This document shows, one piece after another, positions 16,721-24,413 of a stretch of DNA of 33,858 nt. The stretch's first letter is position 1; each line of letters opens with the position of its first letter. The stretch is from a virus. Lineage: Duplodnaviria; Caudoviricetes. Location: the IMG/VR virus record IMGVR_UViG_3300048599_000859, positions 1 to 33,858 of that record. The stretch is one strand, 5' to 3'. A program made the position numbers and the translations under genes. The notes beneath the pieces were generated by a model that saw nothing but the letters and a program-made list of their open reading frames with translations, searched no databases and was not told the DNA's origin.

Positions 16721-16924
16721 ATGCGTTGTCCATTCAACCAAATGAAAATAGAGCAGATCGTCCAGGAGACGTATGAATATAACGCCGATAATATCCAGAC
16801 CATGAGACAAATGAAGCTGGTTGAGAAGCGCGAATATGGAGAATGCGTCGAGGCCGGCTGCGCAGTATGGCGTGACGGACGCTGCACATACAACGACTAC
16901 GTCGTGATAAAGAAAGAAGGGTAA
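16721..16924 (+). CDS. Small Cys-rich hypothetical protein
   Basis: AGGAGG RBS; MRCPF..C....CAVW....C. Confidence 0.75.
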   Translation: MRCPFNQMKIEQIVQETYEYNADNIQTMRQMKLVEKREYGECVEAGCAVWRDGRCTYNDYVVIKKEG

Positions 16925-16926
16925 TT

Positions 16927-17400
16927 ATGTCAGTCAGATGCAAAATGCGAGTCACCAAAAAAGAGCCCTGCGGAAACGACGGTTTCACCATCGAGATGGA
17001 AGCCGTAACATCCGGCAGCCTCGAAAACGAGCAGTTTTTCAGATGGACACCCGGCGGTCATATAGCTTTCTACACAATCAATGCCGCTGCTGCAGCTGGT
17101 ATTCCCGACGTCGGCGGTGAATGCTATGTCGATCTGAACCCAGCTGATGTCTACAAAGGGTTCGAAAACAGCTTTGAGGTCATGACCTTTGGGCAGGCCA
17201 TTGAGGCGATGCGAGCCGGCTGCCGCGCCGCACGCAAAGGCTGGAACGGAAAAGGTATGTATATTGAGCTTCAGGTACCCGACAAGGATAGTAAGATGTC
17301 TCTGCCGTATTTTTACATAAAATCGGCCGACGGCAGGCTTGTCCCATGGATCGCGTCTCAGACGGACATGCTGGCTGAAGACTGGGTAATCGCGGAATGA
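16927..17400 (+). CDS. Two-domain protein: unknown N-domain plus DUF2829 (Tad2-like) domain
   Basis: C-half MTFGQAIEAMRAG..ARKGWNGKGMYI..WIASQTDMLAEDW matches the DUF2829 pattern. Confidence 0.85.
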   Translation: MSVRCKMRVTKKEPCGNDGFTIEMEAVTSGSLENEQFFRWTPGGHIAFYTINAAAAAGIPDVGGECYVDLNPADVYKGFENSFEVMTFGQAIEAMRAGCRAARKGWNGKGMYIELQVPDKDSKMSLPYFYIKSADGRLVPWIASQTDMLAEDWVIAE

Positions 17401-17633
17401 TCGCCGTCGACTTTCCGGAGAAGAACATCACCTTCACCAAGCCGGCGGACATGACAGACGAGGAGTGCGGCCCCCTTCCGGCATACAGCGACGGGACGCA
17501 GGTTGTATCCTGCTGGGAGCTGACGCCGGAGGATCTGCAGCGCATCAACGAGACCGGACGTATATGGCTCGGCGTGTGTATGCCTATTCCGCCGCCTGTG
17601 TGGTTAACCACCGAAAACCCCTTTAAAACGTGA
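17397..17633 (+). CDS. Small phage protein, candidate anti-defence sponge
   Basis: F..N..KP..C..LP..SCWEL..I..TGRIWL..PPPV; ATGA overlap. Confidence 0.7.
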   Translation: MIAVDFPEKNITFTKPADMTDEECGPLPAYSDGTQVVSCWELTPEDLQRINETGRIWLGVCMPIPPPVWLTTENPFKT

Positions 17634-17635
17634 TT

Positions 17636-17662
17636 AAGGCGGCCTTTTAAGGCTGCTTTTAT
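17636..17662 (+). terminator. Intrinsic terminator
   Basis: AAGGCGGCC-TTTTAA-GGCTGCTTT then TAT. Confidence 0.55.
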
Positions 17663-17702
17663 AATCAAAAAATACCCCTCGGGCTGGGGAAAAAATACGC
17701 CC

Positions 17703-17756
17703 TCCGCAATACCGGGACTGGCCGGAATAAAAGGACAGCGGACAGTTCAGAAAGGA
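17703..17756 (+). ncRNA. Structured 5' leader of the scaffold gene (possible GP20-type cis RNA motif)
   Basis: UCCGC/GCGGA enclosing CCGG/CCGG; loop GACUG can pair with CAGUU next to the SD. Confidence 0.4.
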
Positions 17757-17763
17757 CCCTATT

Positions 17764-18315
17764 ATGTTTGAATGGCTTAAAACCATACTCGGTGACGCCT
17801 ACACCGAGGACATCGACACAGCGGTGGCAAAAGAGATCGGCAAGGCTTTTGTGGCTAAAAACGATTTCAACACCACCAGCACGGAAAAGAAAGCCCTTGA
17901 AGACCAGCTCAAGGAGCTTGCCGAGACCCTGAAGGCTAAGCCCGAGGAGCTGAAGGTCAAGGTCACCGAGCTGCTCACCACGGCTGCCACGGCGTCTGAA
18001 GAGCACGCTAAACAATTAGCTGCAGTCAAGCTGGATGCCGCCATCGATACGACGCTCACCAAATCGGGCGCCGTCAACCTGAAGGCGGTTAAAGCGCTGC
18101 TCGACCCCAGCAAGATCAGTCTGGACGACAAAGGCGCCATTGCCGGTCTGGACGATCAAATCACTGCAATCAAATCCACCGACGCGTGGGCATTCACAGC
18201 GGCTCAACCCCCCGCCCCGCCTCCCAAGAGCGGCGAACGCCATGGCGGTGGCGGCGGAAACGAGAAGACGCTCGCTGATGAGATCTCCGAAAAGCTCTTC
18301 CCCGCGTCGGAATAA
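17764..18315 (+). CDS. Capsid scaffolding protein (Phage_GP20-like)
   Basis: MFEWLKTILG..FVAKNDFN, coiled coil, GAVNLKAVKALLD, GLDDQI. Confidence 0.88.
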   Translation: MFEWLKTILGDAYTEDIDTAVAKEIGKAFVAKNDFNTTSTEKKALEDQLKELAETLKAKPEELKVKVTELLTTAATASEEHAKQLAAVKLDAAIDTTLTKSGAVNLKAVKALLDPSKISLDDKGAIAGLDDQITAIKSTDAWAFTAAQPPAPPPKSGERHGGGGGNEKTLADEISEKLFPASE

Positions 18316-18335
18316 CGACGAAAGGAAAATAACCC

Positions 18336-19277
18336 ATGCTTACTCTTGCACAGGCAAAAGAGCTCTCTCAGGACAAGCTGACAAACTTTATTATCGATGA
18401 GTTTTTGAAATCCCCCCTCCTCGATCTCATGGTTTTTGACAACAGCGTCACACCGCAGGGCTCTTCCCTCGCGTATGTCTACAACCGCGTCACCACGTTC
18501 CCGACGGCCGCCACCCGCGCGATCGGCGCCGAGTACGTCCCCCAGGAAGCCGTTACGACCCAGATCACCGCGAACCTCAAGATCTTCGGCGGCTCCTATC
18601 AGCTTGACCGCGTGATCGCCGCCTACGAAAAGAAGATTGTCGATCAGGTGCAGTTCCAGTCTCAGCAGAAAGCCAAGGCTACCATCGCGCTTTTCGCGGA
18701 TCTCTTCATCAACGGCGATTCGGCCGTCGACCCCACAGAATTTGACGGCATTGACAAGGTCGTTACCGGGTCCGCAACCGAGATCACACCCGGCGCCGCT
18801 ATCGATCTCAGCACCTCGGCCAATATCGACACCAACTGGAAGGTATTCCTGGACTACCTCCGGAGGATGATCGGGAAAATGGACGGCAGCCCTTCGATAC
18901 TCGGCATGAACGGCGACCTCTACGCGGTATTCCAAAGCGTCATGGACCGGGCCGGTATCAATCTCACCAGCAAATCAAACTACGGCTTCGAGACATCCCA
19001 GTGGGGCAGCGCCCTTGTCACGAATCTTGGCGACAAACCCGGCGGTTCAAACCCCATCATCCCGACGGCCGCAGGCATCACATCCCTCTACGCGGCCCGC
19101 ATCGGCCTCGACGGCGTACATGCCGTATCTCCCGAAGGCGACAAAATCGTCAAGACCTACCTGCCCGACATGACGAAACCCGGCGCGGTCAAGACAGGCG
19201 AGGTTGAGATGGTCGCCGCAGCGGTACTTAAAGCCACAAAGTCAGTCGGCAAGCTCAAAAACATCAAGGTCGCCTGA
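18336..19277 (+). CDS. Major capsid protein
   Basis: 313 aa after the scaffold; LTLAQAK, IIDEF, LKIFGGSYQLDR, INGDS..EFDGIDK. Confidence 0.9.
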   Translation: MLTLAQAKELSQDKLTNFIIDEFLKSPLLDLMVFDNSVTPQGSSLAYVYNRVTTFPTAATRAIGAEYVPQEAVTTQITANLKIFGGSYQLDRVIAAYEKKIVDQVQFQSQQKAKATIALFADLFINGDSAVDPTEFDGIDKVVTGSATEITPGAAIDLSTSANIDTNWKVFLDYLRRMIGKMDGSPSILGMNGDLYAVFQSVMDRAGINLTSKSNYGFETSQWGSALVTNLGDKPGGSNPIIPTAAGITSLYAARIGLDGVHAVSPEGDKIVKTYLPDMTKPGAVKTGEVEMVAAAVLKATKSVGKLKNIKVA

Positions 19278-19297
19278 CGATCACGACGTCAAACAGC

Positions 19298-19325
19298 CCG
19301 GCGGGCAGATGCCCGCCGGACTTCT
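19298..19325 (+). terminator. GC hairpin after the capsid gene (weak terminator or stabiliser)
   Basis: CCGGCGGGC-AGAT-GCCCGCCGG, poor U-tract. Confidence 0.5.
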
Positions 19326-19345
19326 GACAGATTGGAGAAAATGAA

Positions 19346-19963
19346 ATGGCTAAAATTAAAACCCCGGCACCTAGCTATAACGGCATTTCAGCCGGTGTGG
19401 TGTTCACGGGCGGTATCGGCTATACCGATGACGAAGATCTGATCGACTGGTTTAAGCGCAAGGGCTACAGCGTTGAAGCTGAGGCGGGTCCGGATCCGGA
19501 AGCGAACGTGGCAGCCGAGAAGGCCAAAGCGGAAGCTGAAGCCAGGGCTGCGGCCGAGAAGGCTGCAGCAGAAGCGAAGGCTAAAGCGGATACTGAAGCC
19601 AAGGCTGCGACCGAGAAGGCTGCAGCAGAAGCGAAGGCTAAAGCGGATACTGAAGCCAAGGCTGCGGCCGAAAAGGCGGAAGCAGAGGCGAAAGCCAAAG
19701 CGGAAGCGAAAGCCAAAGCGGAAGCTGAAGCTAGGGCAGCAGCTGAGAAAGCTGAAGCCGAAGCGAAGGCCAAGGAAGACACCGCGAGCAGAACAGAACC
19801 CGATCCCCTTGACTCCATGACCGAAAAGCAGCTCAGGGCATACGCTGCTGAAAATGGCGTCGACGTCACTGAGCTGAGAGCTAAGTCCTCCGTTCTGGCC
19901 AAGCTCAAGGAAGTCGCGGCCGCGGCGGCTGAAGCTGGGAAGGCAGGGCAGCAGAATGCCTAG
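19346..19963 (+). CDS. Capsid-associated protein with Ala/Lys/Glu repeat linker and C-terminal Rho-N/HeH-like motif
   Basis: N-domain GVVFTGG..WFKRKGYSVE; AEK/AKA repeats; LDSMTEKQLRAYAAENGV. Confidence 0.75.
   Translation: MAKIKTPAPSYNGISAGVVFTGGIGYTDDEDLIDWFKRKGYSVEAEAGPDPEANVAAEKAKAEAEARAAAEKAAAEAKAKADTEAKAATEKAAAEAKAKADTEAKAAAEKAEAEAKAKAEAKAKAEAEARAAAEKAEAEAKAKEDTASRTEPDPLDSMTEKQLRAYAAENGVDVTELRAKSSVLAKLKEVAAAAAEAGKAGQQNA
19554..19670 (+). repeat. 57-bp near-perfect tandem duplication within a longer degenerate repeat (about 19514-19775)
   Basis: GGCTGCAGCAGAAGCGAAGGCTAAAGCGGATACTGAAGCC at 19561 and 19618; 19-aa unit. Confidence 0.9.
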
Positions 19964-20861
19964 ACTTTATGCCCCAAATGAGGCGCACAATTTCGACATG
20001 GGCGGCGTCCGGTTCATAAACGGTGCAGCTGCCATCGCCGCTGGCGCGTCGACGACCTATTTCACGGCTGAAGGCTACGGCGTCGACACCTCCAAGCATG
20101 CGCTTACGCTGCTCGACAGGCTGACGCCCGCCGAGATCCGCGAAATTGCAGATTACCTCGGTGTTTTGATTGACCAGGGTGAGGACCCAGATACAAAACA
20201 GGTGCTTGTCAGGGCTATCGAGACGAGCCTATCCGAAAAGTATCTTGCCACCGTTGTGGCGGCGTCCGGCCTCGGAAACGTGGTGGCTTCAGCCATTGAA
20301 GTGACGGTTACGTCGACTCTCCTTACGGGTGGCGCCAAGGCCATTACGGTTAACGTTCCCGTCACAGCAAACACCGTGGCGCTGGTAGCAGCGGCTATAA
20401 GGGCAGCGCTTGCAGCCGACGAGGATATCGCCGCACACTACGCCGTCACCGGCGCCGCCGCCAACATAATCCTGACCGCGACAGCAGATCCCCCTGTCGC
20501 AAATGATGCGACGCTTGCTATTGCCATCACGGACGCTGACGGCAGCACCATCACAATGGGCGGTTCACAGAACACCACGCCCGGCGTCGCAGGTACGACA
20601 GCCCAAGTCGAAACGGCGACGGTCACAGCTACAGCAGCAGTAACTCACGCGGCCATCACCATTACGGGTGCCGGGTCTTACCGCTACAAGATTGGAGACG
20701 CGGCGTTTACACCGATTTACGGAGACGACGTCAGCGACTGGACCGTCTGCGTTTCCGGTGTGCAGATACCCATAGCACAAGCAGGAAAGACCATTACCGT
20801 CGCCCGCGTCACAACAGGCAACAAAGTGACCGGCATTGGCAGCGTTGTCATCGCAATCTAA
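19956..20861 (+). CDS. Virion decoration-like protein with beta-rich C-terminus
   Basis: N-terminus resembles the preceding gene; A/T/V-rich beta-strand C-terminal region. Confidence 0.7.
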   Translation: MPRLYAPNEAHNFDMGGVRFINGAAAIAAGASTTYFTAEGYGVDTSKHALTLLDRLTPAEIREIADYLGVLIDQGEDPDTKQVLVRAIETSLSEKYLATVVAASGLGNVVASAIEVTVTSTLLTGGAKAITVNVPVTANTVALVAAAIRAALAADEDIAAHYAVTGAAANIILTATADPPVANDATLAIAITDADGSTITMGGSQNTTPGVAGTTAQVETATVTATAAVTHAAITITGAGSYRYKIGDAAFTPIYGDDVSDWTVCVSGVQIPIAQAGKTITVARVTTGNKVTGIGSVVIAI

Positions 20862-20880
20862 CCCAAAGGAGGCCGTTCAA

Positions 20881-21267
20881 ATGGCCTATGAACCGTACAT
20901 CACGCAAACCGATTATACAAACCTCTACAAAGGGGTATCGATTGACGCCGCGAAATTTCCACGCATCGCGCTGCGCGCGTCGGATGAGATCGACAAGCTC
21001 ACCTTCAGCCGCGTCAGGAGGGCTAGCCTGGACAGTTTTGACGCTGATACCCAAGAGGCCGTCAAGCTGGCCACGTGCGTCATGGCGGAGGTGCTCGCAC
21101 AGATCGACACGGCCACGGAGGGCAGCGGCATAGTCACAACAGATGAAAAGGTCGGCGATTACAGCTATTCGGTTGACGCCAGCCAGCTCAGCTCACTGCG
21201 CGTCGCGGCACTGACGACAGCCTGCTCGCATCTGCGTATGACAGGGCTCCTTTACGCCGGGATTTAG
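20881..21267 (+). CDS. Head-tail connector (adaptor)
   Basis: YITQTDY..F..RASDEIDKLTF..VKLATC..EKVGDYSYS..TGLLYAG; AAGGAGG RBS. Confidence 0.85.
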   Translation: MAYEPYITQTDYTNLYKGVSIDAAKFPRIALRASDEIDKLTFSRVRRASLDSFDADTQEAVKLATCVMAEVLAQIDTATEGSGIVTTDEKVGDYSYSVDASQLSSLRVAALTTACSHLRMTGLLYAGI

Positions 21268-21269
21268 CT

Positions 21270-21716
21270 GTGAAGGTGATGAGCCGGCGGGCGCGAACGC
21301 ACACCATTACCCTTTACAACTATCTGTCGACGGCTGCCGGCGCCGCTGCCTACCAACGCACCGTCATCGAACGCGTCTACCTGAATACCGCATACCAGCA
21401 AAGCCTTAATGGCCGCGGCGTATCCACAACAGATAAGGCGATGCTGATCATCGATCTGCGGGACATCGTAACGACAGACGAACGCACCTTCCTTTCCTTC
21501 AGCGACTGGCAGCTGCTCACCGCCGAGGCCAAGGCGGCATTTTTCACATTCAGCGTCGCAAACGACTTTTTTATCGAAGGCGCCGCCGATGAGGAGCTGC
21601 CGCCGGCGACAAAACAGCAGATGATCCAAAACCATCAATGCTTCAGCGTGACATGGAGCGGCGTACGGCATGCGGAGGCGGGCCAGGCATCCATTCTGGG
21701 GGTGACCGGAAAGTGA
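21270..21716 (+). CDS. Head closure-like protein
   Basis: HTITLYN..YQRTVIERVY; position in the neck module. Confidence 0.7.
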   Translation: MKVMSRRARTHTITLYNYLSTAAGAAAYQRTVIERVYLNTAYQQSLNGRGVSTTDKAMLIIDLRDIVTTDERTFLSFSDWQLLTAEAKAAFFTFSVANDFFIEGAADEELPPATKQQMIQNHQCFSVTWSGVRHAEAGQASILGVTGK

Positions 21717-22060
21717 AGCCCAGCGTCACCTTCTCGGTGAACAACGCCAAAATCCTTACACGGCTCAAATCCGGCAATCACCGGGCACAGCAATGGCTGG
21801 ACAACGAGATCCTTAAGGGTACAGCCCCCTTCGTCCCGCGCATCAGTGGCGAGCTTGAACGCTCCGGAATCGAAGGAACTAAGATTGGCAGCGGCCAGCT
21901 GGTATATAACAAGGTCTATGCCAAAAAGCAATACTACGGGAATTTCAAGCATACGACGCAGCCGCACTCGAAAGCGACGAGGGAGTGGTTTGAAGTTTCT
22001 AAGGCCGTCAACCGGGCCAAGTGGGTTCGCGGCGTCAAGAAGCTGGGAGGAGGAGGCTAA
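21713..22060 (+). CDS. Neck protein (Minor_capsid_2 / HK97-gp10-like)
   Basis: AQQWLDNEIL..PFVP..SGEL..YAKKQYY..WFE; GTG 21713. Confidence 0.8.
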   Translation: MKPSVTFSVNNAKILTRLKSGNHRAQQWLDNEILKGTAPFVPRISGELERSGIEGTKIGSGQLVYNKVYAKKQYYGNFKHTTQPHSKATREWFEVSKAVNRAKWVRGVKKLGGGG

Positions 22061-22543
22061 ATGCCGGACATAATTCGCCCCCTGGACGCGACCGACGTTA
22101 CACAGATCATCGTCGCGGTCCAGGAATGGATCAACAGTCTGCAGGATCCGGTATCGCATAACAGCATCCTGCCGAGCCGTCTTTGGCTTGAGTTTCCAAA
22201 CGATCCGAACGGATACGGTTACAGCATCAAGTCAGATGGCGGCAGCGTGCTCGAGGAGGACATCACCAGCAGCTTCAGCGCGGAGATCCCCTTCCTTGTG
22301 TACTACAAGACGAACGCCGTGCCGGACGGCGCCGGAGATATATACAAGCCGCTCAACGACCTCTCGGCCTGGTTCAGGAAAAACGGAACCGCCGGACTCA
22401 ATATCGGAGAGCGCCGCACGCCGGACACGCTTATAACCCTGAGAGGTCCGATGGATCAGTCGGGAAAAGACGAGGACGGCAATGTTACTTTTTTCAGCGC
22501 TTTTGCGCTGACCTATGATGAGGAGGTTTATACAAATGCCTAA
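22061..22543 (+). CDS. Tail completion/terminator-like protein
   Basis: Size and position before the major tail gene; GGAGG RBS. Confidence 0.7.
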   Translation: MPDIIRPLDATDVTQIIVAVQEWINSLQDPVSHNSILPSRLWLEFPNDPNGYGYSIKSDGGSVLEEDITSSFSAEIPFLVYYKTNAVPDGAGDIYKPLNDLSAWFRKNGTAGLNIGERRTPDTLITLRGPMDQSGKDEDGNVTFFSAFALTYDEEVYTNA

Positions 22544-23318
22544 GAAGAAATCCAGCCTCATGGTGTTTTTCCTGGACATCGGCACTGTCGGCAGCCCCAA
22601 CTGGGCGCCGCTGGGTAAGGGTGTGTCCCAGCTTCCGCTGGCTTACAACCCGCAGGTGACCACGGAAACATACGTCACGGAGGACAATGCCACCAGCAGC
22701 ATCGACAGCTACCAGGTCAACACAGGCCTTTCCATCACGCTGTGGGACGCTGTAAGCGCACCCGCCCACGCATATATCGAAAACCTGCGGAAGACCCGCG
22801 CCGTCGGCAGCAACGCCGAATGTCAGGTCCTGGAGGTCGACATCAGCGGCAGCAGCCCGTATCCGGCAACGCTGAACAATGCCGTTCTCGCCATTGACAA
22901 CTTCAACCTTGAAGGCGGCAAGCCTCAGCAGCTCGGCACAACGCTTTATTTTAACGGTGATCCGACACAGGGTACCTGCACGATCGCCAACGGTGTCCCC
23001 GCGTTTACCGCCACCGGCGTGACCGCGCTCTCCATGAGCTCCATCGTACCCGCGGCGAACGCCACTGCAGTGGCCGTCGGCTCCAGCATCGCCATCACCT
23101 TCAGCAACAAGATCAAGGGCGAAAACATCGTGCTGATGACCAGCACCGGCACAGTCGTGGCCGTGAACCGCAGCTGGAACGCAGCCGGTACAGTCCTGAC
23201 GCTTACCCCGGCCAGCAATATGGGCGCCGCGACGATCCACTTTGTGGTTCTCTCCGGTGTCGTGGATATCTACGGCCAGCAGCTGGCGAACGCAACGAGC
23301 AAATTCACAACCGCATAG
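22536..23318 (+). CDS. Major tail protein with C-terminal Ig-like (Big_5-like) domain
   Basis: LGKGV..YNPQVTTETYV..IDSYQ; C-terminal VPAANATAVAV..ITFS..LTLTP..GVVDIYG..FTT. Confidence 0.85.
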   Translation: MPKKKSSLMVFFLDIGTVGSPNWAPLGKGVSQLPLAYNPQVTTETYVTEDNATSSIDSYQVNTGLSITLWDAVSAPAHAYIENLRKTRAVGSNAECQVLEVDISGSSPYPATLNNAVLAIDNFNLEGGKPQQLGTTLYFNGDPTQGTCTIANGVPAFTATGVTALSMSSIVPAANATAVAVGSSIAITFSNKIKGENIVLMTSTGTVVAVNRSWNAAGTVLTLTPASNMGAATIHFVVLSGVVDIYGQQLANATSKFTTA

Positions 23319-23335
23319 TTCACTGATCAGCAGAC

Positions 23336-23366
23336 AGGAAAAGCGGGCGCCATGCCCGCTTTTCCT
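23336..23366. terminator. Intrinsic (possibly bidirectional) terminator after the major tail gene
   Basis: AGGAAAAGCGGGC-GCCAT-GCCCGCTTTTCCT. Confidence 0.75.
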
Positions 23367-23387
23367 TAAGTAAATGGAGGCGTTATT

Positions 23388-23858
23388 ATGACAGACAAAA
23401 TTCGAGTAGGACAGCCGCGCCACCCTTATGTGATCGATGTCAACGACAACGGCGACACAATTGTTTTTGACCTTGCCGACAGCAGTATCGGTGTGCGGCT
23501 TTTAAGCATGCTGACACAGATCCAGCAGATAGAGCAGAAGTACACGCGGAAGGCGCGGGAGCTGGGCGGCCAGCCGAACGCGCTGGTACCGGGCTTGCCT
23601 TTTTCGAAAGCGCAAGCGTACCTCATCCGCATGACCGAGGATTTTTATAAGGATGCACGCAGAGCGGCTGACACGTTTTTAGGGCAGGGCGCCTGCCAAA
23701 AAATATTCGGAAACCAGAATTACCCGGATATGTTTATCGACCTTTTGAAGCAGATGACACCGCATTTCGAGAAAATGGGGCTTGCCACAGATCACCTGAA
23801 AAAGGAAATCGCAGCACGGTACGTTTCTGACCCGGCCAAGGAGGCCGTTATGGCATGA
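23388..23858 (+). CDS. Tail assembly chaperone
   Basis: Position; VNDNGDTIVFD, DTFLGQGACQKIFG. Confidence 0.8.
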   Translation: MTDKIRVGQPRHPYVIDVNDNGDTIVFDLADSSIGVRLLSMLTQIQQIEQKYTRKARELGGQPNALVPGLPFSKAQAYLIRMTEDFYKDARRAADTFLGQGACQKIFGNQNYPDMFIDLLKQMTPHFEKMGLATDHLKKEIAARYVSDPAKEAVMA

Positions 23859-24400
23859 GCTATCCGACAGCCATCGAAGTGGACGGCAAAGCATACGCCA
23901 TCAACCCCGGATACAAGCATGCGCTGGCATGCTACGTGTGCATAAATGACCGGGAGATTGACGATACCGAGCGAACCCTTGGCGTATTGGGGCTGCTTTA
24001 CAAGGAACAGCCGCGCAATACCAAACTGGCGCTGGCCCAGGCTGTGAAATATCTGCAGCTGGGGCGGGAGCATCGACCGCGGGAAGAAGATGCCGCCCGT
24101 GACCTGGACTTCACGAAGGACATGCATTACATCCGGTCGAGTTTCCGGTCCGATTACGGCATTGACCTAAATACCCGTGAGGATATGCACTGGTGGGAAT
24201 TTTATGAGCTGTTACAGGGACTGACGGATGACAGCATCCTGAACCGGGTCCGGGACCTGCGCAACTATGACGCGACTAAAGTAAAGGATCCACAGCTGCG
24301 CGCCCGCATACAGCGCGCCCAGGAAGATGTGGCCCTGGATGACGACCTGTCAGCGGAGGACGAACGGAAGCTGGACGATTTTTACGCGCAGCTGAAATAA
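23855..24400 (+). CDS. A118 Gp15-family tail protein
   Basis: YPTAIEVDGKAYAIN, DF..D..YI.SSF..DYGIDL..MHWWEF..LL.GL. Confidence 0.88.
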   Translation: MSYPTAIEVDGKAYAINPGYKHALACYVCINDREIDDTERTLGVLGLLYKEQPRNTKLALAQAVKYLQLGREHRPREEDAARDLDFTKDMHYIRSSFRSDYGIDLNTREDMHWWEFYELLQGLTDDSILNRVRDLRNYDATKVKDPQLRARIQRAQEDVALDDDLSAEDERKLDDFYAQLK

Positions 24401-24413
24401 AGGGGAGCTACCT

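Noticed and set aside
23795-23858. Programmed -1 frameshift from the tail chaperone into Gp15 at G AAA AAG
   Set aside because: The -1 frame meets TGA at about 23828 before the Gp15 start, and Gp15 has its own AAGGAGG RBS
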